Assembly (NCBI GenBank): GCA_964433905.1 | Contig: CAYSSM010000003.1 | Location: 1-53,085, forward strand | Reading direction: 5' to 3' | Length of the DNA stretch: 53,085 nucleotides | From: an uncultured Candidatus Saccharibacteria bacterium | GTDB taxonomy: Bacteria; Patescibacteriota; UBA1384; UBA12157; JAENIV01 | Part shown: positions 14,179-23,343 of the stretch, piece after piece | Layout: the number at the start of each line of letters is the position of its first letter | Position numbering within the stretch: position 1 is the first letter of the stretch | Program-made: the position numbers and the translations under genes | The notes under the pieces: generated by a model | What the model saw: the letters and a program-made list of their open reading frames with translations, nothing else | Databases searched by the model: none | What the model was told of the DNA's origin: nothing

Positions 14179-15774
14179 TTACATTTTTTCGGGGACGGAG
14201 ATACCCATAAGGTCTAAGGTGTTTTTGAGGACGATTTGAGTTGCTTTTAATAATACGAGTCGCGCAGTGGTAAGATCTTCATTGCCAGATTTTATCACCG
14301 GGCATTTTTCGTAGAAAGTATGAAATTTTGTCGCCAGCTCCATCGCATAAAAAGGCAGTTTTTGGACTTGGTAATCTTCGGCAATTTCAATAACTAAATC
14401 AGGCAGCTTTATTAACTCTTTAATTAAGGATAATTCTTCTGGTTTATTTAATAATTTTAAATTTTCTTCTTTTGTTTCGGATTTCGGATTTCGGATTTCG
14501 GATTTGGCAAGAATACTGTGTATTCTCGCATATGCATATTGTATATAGTAGACGGGATTTTTTTGTGATTTTTCTTTAGCCAGATCTAAGTCAAAATCCA
14601 TGTGAGTATCCAAAGAGCGCTCTAAAAAGAAAAACCGCGAAACATCAGGACCAACTTCATCAATAAGTTCATCTAAAGTCACATATGTCCCTGCCCGCTT
14701 GGACATTTTAACTTCTTGGCCTTTAGATACTAAACGGACCAATTGAGCGATTTGAATTTGTAACTCACCCGACCAATCGGCATCACCACGCAGCATCTCA
14801 ATCGCCGCTTTTAGCCGCCCAATGTAACCGTGGTGATCAGCCCCCCAAAAGTTAATCATTAAATTATAACCGCGATGGATTTTATCGTGGTGGTAGGCAA
14901 TGTCTGAAGCAATATAGGTTTTTTCGCCTTCTTTTGTTACCAAAACACGGTCTTTATCGTCATCATATTGAGTTGTTTTAAGCCACAAAGCGCCACCTTG
15001 TTCGTAAGTCAAATCTTTTTTACCCAGCTCTTCGATTAATTTATCCACCCGACCGGTATTGTACAAGCTCTTTTCCGAAAACCAATGGTCAAATTTTATC
15101 CCCATCTTTTCAATAGATTTTTTAAGATATTCTTCCATCAAAATTGCAGCAGCTTCCTCGCCGGCTTCTTTAGGATCTTTAGACTTTATTTTCGGTGCTA
15201 TCTCGTCAATATATGCACCTTTGTAAACGGCTTCGTCATCTTTTAAAACAGAATGTCCTAATGCCAAAACTTGAACTCCGCGATCATTAATATAGTACTC
15301 GCGAGTAACATCAGCCCCGAAAGCTTTTAGAATATTGGCCAAAACATCGCCACAATACCCTCCGCGACCGTTGCCAAGGGTTAAAGGTCCGGTAGGATTG
15401 GCGGAGATAAACTCGACATTTACTTTCAGATCTTTTCCAAGATCAGTTGTCCCGTATTTTTCACCGGCGATATTAATTTCAGAAATTCTTTGTTGTAAAG
15501 AGGGGAGAGCAATTTTGAAATTAATAAATCCCGGACCGGCGACTTCGGTGCCAGCGATTACTTCTTGATTATCTGATTCTCTGATTATCTCGATTATTTT
15601 TTTGGCTATATCTTGTGGCTTCTCCCTCGCTGTCTTCGATAATTTCATAGCGATATTTGTTGAATAATCTCCAAACTTCTCGTCCGCATATTCCACAGAA
15701 AAATCCGGCATCTCAACATTCGGATACGCCTTTTTAATAACTTGCGATATTAATTCTTTAATCTGATTTTTCAT
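14179..15774 (-). CDS. argS: Arginine--tRNA ligase
   Basis: 531 aa. SANPTGPLTLGNGRG (HIGH-region equivalent), MSKRAG (KMSKS), C-terminal DALR-type anticodon-binding domain. Confidence 0.92.
   Translation of the reverse strand: MKNQIKELISQVIKKAYPNVEMPDFSVEYADEKFGDYSTNIAMKLSKTAREKPQDIAKKIIEIIRESDNQEVIAGTEVAGPGFINFKIALPSLQQRISEINIAGEKYGTTDLGKDLKVNVEFISANPTGPLTLGNGRGGYCGDVLANILKAFGADVTREYYINDRGVQVLALGHSVLKDDEAVYKGAYIDEIAPKIKSKDPKEAGEEAAAILMEEYLKKSIEKMGIKFDHWFSEKSLYNTGRVDKLIEELGKKDLTYEQGGALWLKTTQYDDDKDRVLVTKEGEKTYIASDIAYHHDKIHRGYNLMINFWGADHHGYIGRLKAAIEMLRGDADWSGELQIQIAQLVRLVSKGQEVKMSKRAGTYVTLDELIDEVGPDVSRFFFLERSLDTHMDFDLDLAKEKSQKNPVYYIQYAYARIHSILAKSEIRNPKSETKEENLKLLNKPEELSLIKELIKLPDLVIEIAEDYQVQKLPFYAMELATKFHTFYEKCPVIKSGNEDLTTARLVLLKATQIVLKNTLDLMGISVPEKM
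14476..14507. repeat. Heptanucleotide tandem repeat (TTCGGAT)x4 inside argS
   Basis: ttcggatttcggatttcggatttcggatttgg. Encodes ..AKSEIRNPKSETK.. in frame in ArgRS. Confidence 0.8.
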
Positions 15775-15833
15775 AATTAGCCTAATTATATTATATTTTC
15801 CGTTAAATTTACACTATTTTCCAAAACTTTTTA

Positions 15834-15866
15834 TTACAACTTTCCCGCGATCGCGGTTTTGTCGTA
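15834..15866 (-). promoter_or_regulatory. Promoter-operator cassette copy upstream of argS (perfect palindrome CCGCGATCGCGG)
   Basis: Minus strand TACGACAAAACCGCGATCGCGGGAAAGTTGTAAT. A 23-nt core is identical to 16440-16462. Confidence 0.45.
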
Positions 15867-15895
15867 ATGAAATAAACCTGTTATTTTGATAATAA

Positions 15896-16411
15896 TTATT
15901 TTTTATCATTTAGGTTAAACATTTCTAAATATTTCTCTTCATTAGTTAATGCTTTTGAAATAAAATAATCCACATTTTTCTCAATATCTAAAAGCTCAAA
16001 CAATTCTTCTAAATCCGCTGATATATCCTGAGGCGTAATCCAAACCGATTTTTGAATCGGCAAGCAACCTAAATTTTGTAATTTATCTCGAAAAACATCG
16101 CGGGTTTTCTTTCTCGACTCTTCGATATCAAAAGCAATTATCCGCCAAAAACCATCCCATTTTTTAAAAATTCTTTTCCGAATAAGTTTTAATCTGCCTT
16201 TGGAGGTTATTTTTAAAAATTTGTTACCTTTATTCTCCACCTCTTCCAAATACCCGCGTTGTTTAAGTTCCCAGATTGCCCTTGAGAAACTACCCTTATA
16301 TTTCTTAAACGATTTACCGAAACCTTTGTAGGGATACAAAAATGCCGCCGTTTCTCCCACTCCGCCAGCAACAACCGCCAAGATTTTTTCAGTTAGAGTT
16401 TTTCTCCGCAT
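15896..16411 (-). CDS. PaaX-like winged-helix regulator with a Cas2-like/PaaX C-terminal-type fold (tentative)
   Basis: 171 aa. wHTH-like FSRAIWELKQRGYLEEV, then WDGFWRIIAFDIEESRKKTRDVFRDKLQNLGCLPIQKSVWITP. AAGGAGGGG SD. Confidence 0.45.
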   Translation of the reverse strand: MRRKTLTEKILAVVAGGVGETAAFLYPYKGFGKSFKKYKGSFSRAIWELKQRGYLEEVENKGNKFLKITSKGRLKLIRKRIFKKWDGFWRIIAFDIEESRKKTRDVFRDKLQNLGCLPIQKSVWITPQDISADLEELFELLDIEKNVDYFISKALTNEEKYLEMFNLNDKK

Positions 16412-16434
16412 TCGTAAATCCCCTCCTTAAAAAC

Positions 16435-16468
16435 ATTGTAACTTTCCCGCGATCGCGGTTTTATTGTA
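16435..16468 (-). promoter_or_regulatory. Promoter-operator cassette copy upstream of the PaaX-like gene
   Basis: Minus strand TACAATAAAACCGCGATCGCGGGAAAGTTACAAT, followed by the SD and ATG at 16411. Confidence 0.45.
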
Positions 16469-16522
16469 TAACTTTTTCTTTTTTACGAAAACTATAACAA
16501 AAATAGTTAAGACATTTTGGAT

Positions 16523-16677
16523 ATAAACTACCTCGCAGCAAGCTAACGAGGTATCCCTAAAGGGAAAGTTTGTTTTTAATAAGCAAAGCTTGTTATTCGC
16601 TTCGCTCATAATAGGTTTTCATCCGCATGCCTAAAGGCGTAGCAAGCTACGAGGTATTCAACCTCTAAAAATAAAAC
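16523..16677 (+). repeat. Structured intergenic repeat, family R, copy 3 (expanded form)
   Basis: ATAAACTAC-[CTCG cagcaagctaa CGAG]-GTATCC..AAAGTTTGTTT..(insert)..AGGTTTTCATCC..[CGTAGCAAGCTACG]AGGTATTCAACCT..AAAAATAAAACC. Confidence 0.65.
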
Positions 16678-16691
16678 CTCTTGCAATAGAT

Positions 16692-17873
16692 TCACTTTCT
16701 TACTTTTATAAATCGGCGTTTTCCTACATGGACTATCATTTCATCTTTTATTTGAATAACTTTATCAGATTCGGTGATTTTTTTGCCCTCTATTTCAACT
16801 GCACCCTGCTCAATCAAGCGCCGGGCTTCCGATTTTGAAGTTGCCAATTCGCATTTTACCAGCAAATCATCAATGCGACATTCAGACTCTTTAATATTAA
16901 TTTCCGGAATTTCTGAAGGTTTTTCGCGGTTTTTGAAAACTCGATCAAACTCCCCTGCTGCCTTTTCGGCGTCCTCTTTGGAGTGATACATTTCAACGAT
17001 GATCTTAGCTAATTCGGCCTTACTTTCGCGAGGTTTATCTAATGTCTTACTTTCAATGTTTTTTAATTCTTCATCCGATATTTCTGTGCATAACTCATAG
17101 TAATCTTTGATTAAATTATCCGGAATGGACATTATTTTGCCAAACATATCAGTCGGCGCATCAGTGATGGCGATATAGTTTCCGAGCGACTTGGACATTT
17201 TTTGTTTACCGTCAGTACCAATCAATATCTTTATTGTAATGACATCTTGAGATGGCTGGTTCATTTTCTTTTGTAGACTTCTTCCAGCCAGCATGTTAAA
17301 CTTTTGATCCGTTCCGCCAATTTCAACATCCGATTTTAGCATGATTGAATCATAGGCTTGCATTGCTGGGTAAAATAACTCGGGGAGGGCTATATCGCTT
17401 CCAGATTTCAATCTTTTTTGAAAATCATCGCGTTCAATAATTTGTTGTAATGTAAATTTAGCAGCAAACTTGAAAATCTCCGCAGGATCCATTTTTGAAA
17501 ACCACTCCGAATTGTAACGAACTTCCGTTTTTTCGGTATCCAAAATCCTGCCAACTTGTTCAAAGTAAGTCTCAGCGTTAGTTTTAATTTCTTCATCAGA
17601 TAATATCGGCCGAGTGGTATTGCGGCCGGATGGATCACCGATTTTAGTCGTGTAATCCCCTATTAGAAAGATGATCGTATGGCCATCTTCCTGAAACTTT
17701 TTAAGTTTCAATAAAACAGCCGTATGGCCAAGATGAATATCGGGTCGAGTTGGATCAACACCGTATTTTATCCGCAATTTCTTGCCATCTTTAAGTTTTT
17801 TTTCAAGTTCGTCTTTTACGATAATTTCTTCCACGCCACGGATTAATAATGAATTAGCTGTGTCAATAGTCAT
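16692..17873 (-). CDS. tyrS: Tyrosine--tRNA ligase
   Basis: 393 aa. HLGH (HIGH), KMSKS, C-terminal S4-like domain. Confidence 0.92.
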   Translation of the reverse strand: MTIDTANSLLIRGVEEIIVKDELEKKLKDGKKLRIKYGVDPTRPDIHLGHTAVLLKLKKFQEDGHTIIFLIGDYTTKIGDPSGRNTTRPILSDEEIKTNAETYFEQVGRILDTEKTEVRYNSEWFSKMDPAEIFKFAAKFTLQQIIERDDFQKRLKSGSDIALPELFYPAMQAYDSIMLKSDVEIGGTDQKFNMLAGRSLQKKMNQPSQDVITIKILIGTDGKQKMSKSLGNYIAITDAPTDMFGKIMSIPDNLIKDYYELCTEISDEELKNIESKTLDKPRESKAELAKIIVEMYHSKEDAEKAAGEFDRVFKNREKPSEIPEINIKESECRIDDLLVKCELATSKSEARRLIEQGAVEIEGKKITESDKVIQIKDEMIVHVGKRRFIKVRK

Positions 17874-17904
17874 AAAACTCCTTTATATGTTTAATTGTAA
17901 CCTT

Positions 17905-17924
17905 TATAATGGTAAAATGTAAAT
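17905..17924 (+). promoter_or_regulatory. Extended -10 promoter 6 nt upstream of the PBP1A ATG (leaderless-type)
   Basis: TATAAT(17905-10) overlapping TGGTAAAAT(17910-18), then GTAAAT, then ATG(17925). No SD. Confidence 0.4.
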
Positions 17925-20732
17925 ATGTTTAATATTCAAAGATTTAATCCTTTTCGTAATCCCCTTAATTTAAGAAGTCTTAGCCATCCTCGGGCATGGA
18001 ACTGGAAAAAAATTAAAATTTGGTCTATAAGAATTGGCATAGGTTTAATGTTATTTATCCTGCTCTTATTTGCCTGGTATGCCAAAGATTTGCCGACCCC
18101 CGGTAAAATCAAGCGTCGCCAAGCTTCAGCGGCAACGCAAATTTTAGACCGCAACGGCAATGAGCTCTACGCTGTCCACGGCGATATTAAAAGAATACTG
18201 ATTAGCAATAACGATATGCCGAAATCGATTAAAGAAGCCACGATTACAGCCGAAGATAGGTCGTTTTACAAGCATCACGGCATCAATGTCAAAGGCATTT
18301 TGCGGGCTCTTTATAATAATATTACCAATAAATATAGTTATCTTTCCGGTGGATCGACGATTACTCAACAATTTGTTAAAAACGCTCTTTTGGACCCTAA
18401 AAAAACTTTTACAAGAAAAATTAAAGAGCTGATTTTAACCATTGAAATTGAAGTTATGTACTCTAAAGACGACATTTTAGCAATGTATCTTAATGAAATT
18501 CCTTATGGTTCAAATGCTTACGGTATTGAAGCCGCCTCGCAAACATTTTACGGCAAAAAAGCTAAAGATTTAACCTTGGCTGAATCGGCTACGCTGGCGG
18601 CGTTGCCTAAAGCGCCGACTTATTACTCGCCTTACGGCATCCACCCGGACAAACGGCAAATACGGGTAGAATACATTTTAGATTCGATGGCTGATCTTGG
18701 CTATATTAGCAGAGACGAAGCTAATGTCGCCAAAAAAGAAGCTAAGGAAATAAAATTTACACCTCGACGCGAAAATATTTCTGCTCCCCACTTTGTCATG
18801 TATGTTAAGGAATTACTGGTTGATAAATACGGTGAGCAAATGGTAGAAGAGGGCGGGCTTAAAGTTACTACTACTTTAGATCCAGATAAGCAAAAAGTGG
18901 CCGAAGAAGCCATTAATTCGGCTGCTGCCAGAAGATTTGATTCGATAAATGCATCCAACGCCTCTTTGGTTTCAATTGATCCTAAAAACGGCCAAGTTTT
19001 AGCTATGGTTGGCTCACGGGACTTTTTCGATGAGTCAATTGATGGCCAGGTTAATGTTGCCATCGCCGAGCGCCAGCCAGGTTCCGCTTTTAAGCCTGTT
19101 GTTTATGCCACCGCTTTTAAAGATAAATACAATCCCGCCTTTAACCTCTGGGATGTAACAACCGATTTTGGTAATTACACGCCTCAAAACTATGATGGCG
19201 CAACGCGCGGACCGGTCACGGCCCGCAAAGCCCTGGCGGGATCGCTTAATATTCCAGCTGTCAAAATGCTTTATTTAGCCGGTATGGATAATGTTTTAGA
19301 TCAAGCGCATAAGATGGGAATCACTACTTTGAATGATCGCGATCGTTACGGATTGTCGTTGGTTTTGGGCGGCGGTGAGATAAAACTAATTGATTTGGCG
19401 ACAGCATATGGGGTTTTTGCTAATAAAGGAAGTTTGGCCCCCACCAACCTGATTCTTAAAGTAGTTGATTCTAATAACAAAGTCTTGGAAGAGTTTAAAG
19501 AAGACAAAAAAGATGTTTTAGATCCGCAAATCGCTTACGAAATTTCGTCAATCCTGTCAGACAATCAAGCTCGTTCTTATGTCTTTGGCTCAAGATCGGC
19601 TCTGTATTTCGATGATCGTCCGGTGGCAGCCAAAACCGGCACAACCTCCGAATATCGCGATGCTTGGACATTTGGATACACGCCGTCACTCGTTACTGGA
19701 GTTTGGGTGGGAAATAACGATAATTCGCCGATGACCGCCGGCGCTGCCGGCGCCATGGCGGCGGCACCGATTTGGCGCGATTATATGGCCAAAGCTTTAG
19801 CCAACAGCCCGGTTGAAGATTTTGAAGTCCCTAACGGCATCGAAGAAATAACGGTGGATAAATATACAAATAAGCTGCCTTCCGGTGGCGAAACGATTAC
19901 CGATATCTTTGCTTCTTGGCAAATACCCAAAGACCGATCTAAAGATGTTGGTAAAATTAGAATTGATAAATACACCGGAAATTTGGCTACTGATGACTGT
20001 CCCGATCAATTTGTTGAAGAAAAAATAGTCGCAAATATTCATTCTGAACTACCCGACAACCCCGCATGGGAAAGACCTGTCAGAGCTTATGCCGCTTCGA
20101 TGGGGTTATTTAGCTCCAATGGAGTCCCCGAAGGAGAACCAACTTGCGCTGGTTTAACTAATAAAACTACGATTACGATAAAAAGTCCGGCCGATAATAG
20201 CACTGTATCGGGAAATTTTACGATTTCCGTTAGTGTTGATTCAAGCGTGCAAATTAAAAGTGTTGAATTCTTAATCGACGAAAATAGTATTGGTGTAGAC
20301 AAAACCAAACCGTATTCGATTAGCTATAATGCGGACAATTTATCTGGCGGTAAACACCGGATTTCTGTCATCGCTACCGATGTTTCCGGACTTTCATCAT
20401 CAGGATCGGTGGTTGTAAGTAAAGGCGCTAATGATAAAACACCACCAGGACCAGTGAGTTTAAAATCAATTTCGCCGGGAGCAAATTATATCGATATTAT
20501 TTGGCTTAATCCTTCCGATATAGATGTTGTGACAGCAAAAATTTATATTTCGCGCAATAAAAATTCTGTCGGATCTCTGAATAACGAAGTTAATGTTTCT
20601 CCCGATAGTGAGAGTTCAATAAAAATTTCCAATTTAGACAATGGCAAAACCTATTACATTACCATCAAAGCAATTGATTCATCGGGACTTGAAAGCACTA
20701 ATAACACTCCCTACGAAGCCACGACTTTATAG
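17925..20732 (+). CDS. Class A penicillin-binding protein (glycosyltransferase GT51 plus transpeptidase) with C-terminal Ig-like/FN3-like domains
   Basis: 935 aa. N-terminal TM. GT51 motifs EDRSFYKHHGI and GGSTITQQ. Transpeptidase motifs SAFKP and KTGT. The last ~190 aa have beta-sandwich repeat character (..TISVSVD.., ..YYITIKAIDSSG..). Confidence 0.9.
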   Translation: MFNIQRFNPFRNPLNLRSLSHPRAWNWKKIKIWSIRIGIGLMLFILLLFAWYAKDLPTPGKIKRRQASAATQILDRNGNELYAVHGDIKRILISNNDMPKSIKEATITAEDRSFYKHHGINVKGILRALYNNITNKYSYLSGGSTITQQFVKNALLDPKKTFTRKIKELILTIEIEVMYSKDDILAMYLNEIPYGSNAYGIEAASQTFYGKKAKDLTLAESATLAALPKAPTYYSPYGIHPDKRQIRVEYILDSMADLGYISRDEANVAKKEAKEIKFTPRRENISAPHFVMYVKELLVDKYGEQMVEEGGLKVTTTLDPDKQKVAEEAINSAAARRFDSINASNASLVSIDPKNGQVLAMVGSRDFFDESIDGQVNVAIAERQPGSAFKPVVYATAFKDKYNPAFNLWDVTTDFGNYTPQNYDGATRGPVTARKALAGSLNIPAVKMLYLAGMDNVLDQAHKMGITTLNDRDRYGLSLVLGGGEIKLIDLATAYGVFANKGSLAPTNLILKVVDSNNKVLEEFKEDKKDVLDPQIAYEISSILSDNQARSYVFGSRSALYFDDRPVAAKTGTTSEYRDAWTFGYTPSLVTGVWVGNNDNSPMTAGAAGAMAAAPIWRDYMAKALANSPVEDFEVPNGIEEITVDKYTNKLPSGGETITDIFASWQIPKDRSKDVGKIRIDKYTGNLATDDCPDQFVEEKIVANIHSELPDNPAWERPVRAYAASMGLFSSNGVPEGEPTCAGLTNKTTITIKSPADNSTVSGNFTISVSVDSSVQIKSVEFLIDENSIGVDKTKPYSISYNADNLSGGKHRISVIATDVSGLSSSGSVVVSKGANDKTPPGPVSLKSISPGANYIDIIWLNPSDIDVVTAKIYISRNKNSVGSLNNEVNVSPDSESSIKISNLDNGKTYYITIKAIDSSGLESTNNTPYEATTL

Positions 20733-20752
20733 TTATTTAATTTAGGCTGATT

Positions 20753-21700
20753 CTATCTTGAGTTCTCGACTTTGTTTTTCTGCGGTTGAACAAAAATCAT
20801 TTTACCTGCCACAGTATGATAGACTCTGACAACTTCGCAGAGTATTTCTTTGCCAACCAGTCTTTCACCACCCTCAACAACAATCATTGTTCCGTCGGGC
20901 AAGTAACCGACACCCTGACCGGCTTCTTTACCCTTTTGAATAATTTTAACTTGGATTTCTTCACCGGGAATCAATGACGGCTTGAGACTTTCCGCTAATT
21001 CGTTGACATTAAGAACATAAACTTTTTGAATTTTTGCAACGCGATTTAAGTTGTAATCAACGGTAATAATTTTCGCGTGTCTTTTCTTGGCGGTTTTGAC
21101 TAACTTTATGTCGACCGGTTCGCGAGATGTTTCAAGATCATCAATAATTTCTAACGGAATGGTCGGATTATGCTGCATGCGATCCAGAGAATCCAAACCG
21201 CGGCGGCCTTTCGCTCTTCTTAGAGGGTCTTCGGAATCAGCTACTTTTTGCAGTTCATTTAAAACAAAATTAGCCACCAGCAGCTTACCCATTACAAAAC
21301 CGCTTAAAGCAATTTGCTCCAAACGACCGTCAATTAATGATGAGGTGTCAACAACAATTAAATTATCGGGATTTGTTTCATGGCCAAAAAATCGAGTTGT
21401 AACTTTATGAAAAAAATCAGCCGCTGGTCTGGCCTGAGCAATGAATAAATCTAAAACCGCCACCGTGACAAAAACATCGACAATCATCGGCATCCATACA
21501 CCGTAGGCTCCCGGTAATTTTGAAAGCGGCGTTGCCACTAATGATCCGATAAGCAATCCTATAATCAATCCGACTAATCCCATGAAAAAATATGGAAAAG
21601 ATATTTTTAATAATTTGCGCGTTAAAAATAAGAGTAAAATGGCCACCGCCAAAACAATAAAAAAGAGGGTTATGTTAGTTGATTCAGCTTGGTTAAACAC
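20753..21700 (-). CDS. PIN/TRAM domain membrane protein (YacL-like)
   Basis: 315 aa. Four N-terminal TM helices, a PIN domain (VVDTSSLIDGR), and a C-terminal TRAM-like beta-barrel. Downstream of radA, as in Firmicutes. Confidence 0.75.
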   Translation of the reverse strand: MFNQAESTNITLFFIVLAVAILLLFLTRKLLKISFPYFFMGLVGLIIGLLIGSLVATPLSKLPGAYGVWMPMIVDVFVTVAVLDLFIAQARPAADFFHKVTTRFFGHETNPDNLIVVDTSSLIDGRLEQIALSGFVMGKLLVANFVLNELQKVADSEDPLRRAKGRRGLDSLDRMQHNPTIPLEIIDDLETSREPVDIKLVKTAKKRHAKIITVDYNLNRVAKIQKVYVLNVNELAESLKPSLIPGEEIQVKIIQKGKEAGQGVGYLPDGTMIVVEGGERLVGKEILCEVVRVYHTVAGKMIFVQPQKNKVENSR

Positions 21701-22988
21701 AATAACTCCTTATGACTTCGTTAATATTTTTACCTTTTGGAAAAATGCTAAATCCTAAACGTTTGGCTTCGGCAATTCTTTTAGTTTCAAATGAAACTTT
21801 TCTAATTTCTCCCGAAAGGCCGACTTCGCCAAAAGCGCACAGTTTTGAATTAATAGGCTTGTTTTTTAATGCTCCAGCAACGGCTAATGCCACCGCTAAA
21901 TCGACCGCTGGTTCTTTTATCTTAACACCTCCGACAACATTGATAAAGACATCTTGATTGGACAAATTTAAATTAGCTCTTTTTTGCAAAACTGCAATTA
22001 GAAGCTGCAAGCGATTTAAATCAAAACCGGCCGCTCTCCTTTGAGGATAGCCAAAAATAGTTGTTGCCGTCAATGCTTGGATTTCAACCAACAAGGATCT
22101 GGTACCTTCGATTGTCGCCGTGACCACTCCGCCCGGAACATCTTTAAGACGATCATGCAAAAACAACTTTGACGGATTTTTAACCTCTTTCATCCCCTCT
22201 TCTGACATTTCAAAGATGCCTATTTCTTCTGTAGCCCCAAAACGATTTTTGGCGCTGCGTAGAATTCGGTTATTTTGAAAATGTTCACCTTCCAAATACA
22301 AAACGACATCAACTAAATGTTCGAGCATTCGCGGACCAGCAACTGAGCCTTCCTTAGTAACATGACCAACTAAAATAACCGGGATATTACTAGTCTTGGC
22401 AAACTGCTGCAACCTGAGCGCGCACTCGCGAACTTGGACAATTGAGCCGGGCGTTGATGGAAAATCTTGCGAATAAATGGTTTGGATTGAATCGATAATC
22501 AGCAATTCCGGTAAATTTTTACTCGCTGTTTCAATGATATTATTAAGATTAATTTCAGGAAAAAGATCTAAATTACTTGCTTTTAAATTCAGCCTATCGT
22601 AGCGCATCTTAATTTGTTGAGGAGATTCTTCGGCGCAAACATATAAAACTTTTTTTAAATTTGTTGCGACTTGTAAAAGAAGTGTCGATTTGCCAATCCC
22701 GGGATCGCCACCTAAAAGAATTATCGAACCGGGTACAATACCACCACCCAACGCCCGGTCAAATTCACTGATTTTTGTGATTATTCGATGAAAATTTTTG
22801 TTTTTTATGGTCAAAATGGGCAATATTTGAGTTTCAATATTCGCATTGAGACTAGTCCGATATTTTTGATCGATATTGGTTTTAAATTCTTTCAAAGTAT
22901 TCCAAGCGCCACAGGTATCGCACTTGCCTTGCCATTTAAGATATTCTTCGGAACATTCGGAACAAATAAAAACAAGATTGCTTTTCAT
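21693..22988 (-). CDS. radA: DNA repair protein RadA/Sms
   Basis: ORF 21693..23045 trimmed to MKSNLVFICSECSEEYLKWQGKCDTCGAWNT (zinc finger). Walker A GDPGIGKST, KNRFG motif, Lon-like C-terminal domain. Confidence 0.9.
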   Translation of the reverse strand: MKSNLVFICSECSEEYLKWQGKCDTCGAWNTLKEFKTNIDQKYRTSLNANIETQILPILTIKNKNFHRIITKISEFDRALGGGIVPGSIILLGGDPGIGKSTLLLQVATNLKKVLYVCAEESPQQIKMRYDRLNLKASNLDLFPEINLNNIIETASKNLPELLIIDSIQTIYSQDFPSTPGSIVQVRECALRLQQFAKTSNIPVILVGHVTKEGSVAGPRMLEHLVDVVLYLEGEHFQNNRILRSAKNRFGATEEIGIFEMSEEGMKEVKNPSKLFLHDRLKDVPGGVVTATIEGTRSLLVEIQALTATTIFGYPQRRAAGFDLNRLQLLIAVLQKRANLNLSNQDVFINVVGGVKIKEPAVDLAVALAVAGALKNKPINSKLCAFGEVGLSGEIRKVSFETKRIAEAKRLGFSIFPKGKNINEVIRSYCV

Positions 22989-23003
22989 TTTTAAATTATA
23001 CCA
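22989..23003 (-). promoter_or_regulatory. Extended -10 promoter 6 nt upstream of the radA ATG (leaderless-type)
   Basis: Minus strand TGGTATAAT-TTAAAA-ATG. No SD. Confidence 0.4.
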
Positions 23004-23040
23004 TAAAATTGAAAAAGACAGATACTTTTTGAACACTTGA

Positions 23041-23172
23041 CTCAAGGGCTAAACTTTTGTTCTCAGCCGCCCTATCCATCCTATTCGTCGCTTTCTGTTT
23101 GACTTCGGTATAAATTACCTCATCAAACGAAACACTCCTCAACCGGCATTTCACAAAAGCTTAGCCCTTGAG
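23041..23172. repeat. 132-bp element bounded by perfect 12-bp terminal inverted repeats
   Basis: CTCAAGGGCTAA (23041-52) ... TTAGCCCTTGAG (23161-72). The interior is more GC-rich than its surroundings. Confidence 0.4.
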
Positions 23173-23228
23173 CCTTAGCATCATTTTCGACGCTTAAAAA
23201 ACCATTTCACATTATCATAAAATTGAAA

Positions 23229-23300
23229 ATAAACTACTCTGCGGCAAGCCGCAGAGTATCCTACAGAAAGTTTGTTTCCAAACAGGTTGAAAATAAAATC
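23229..23300 (+). repeat. Structured intergenic repeat, family R, copy 2 (short form lacking the second hairpin)
   Basis: ATAAACTAC-[CTCTGCGG caag CCGCAGAG]-TATCCTACAGAAAGTTTGTTTCCAAACAGGTTGAAAATAAAATC. Confidence 0.7.
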
Positions 23301-23343
23301 TTTTTATTTTATGATAAATACATCCTACGACGGCGATGGAGGT

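Noticed and set aside
14179-17924. T-box riboswitch leaders upstream of argS, tyrS or glyQS
   Set aside because: The leaders are too short (about 50-110 nt) and I found no specifier-loop or T-box (AGGGUGGNACCGCG-like) sequence.
23041-23172. SRP RNA, 6S RNA or another known ncRNA for the TIR-bounded elements (also 39397-39530)
   Set aside because: I could not find the SRP domain IV motifs (GGAA tetraloop with AGCA-containing symmetric loop) or other diagnostic cores. They are kept only as unexplained elements.
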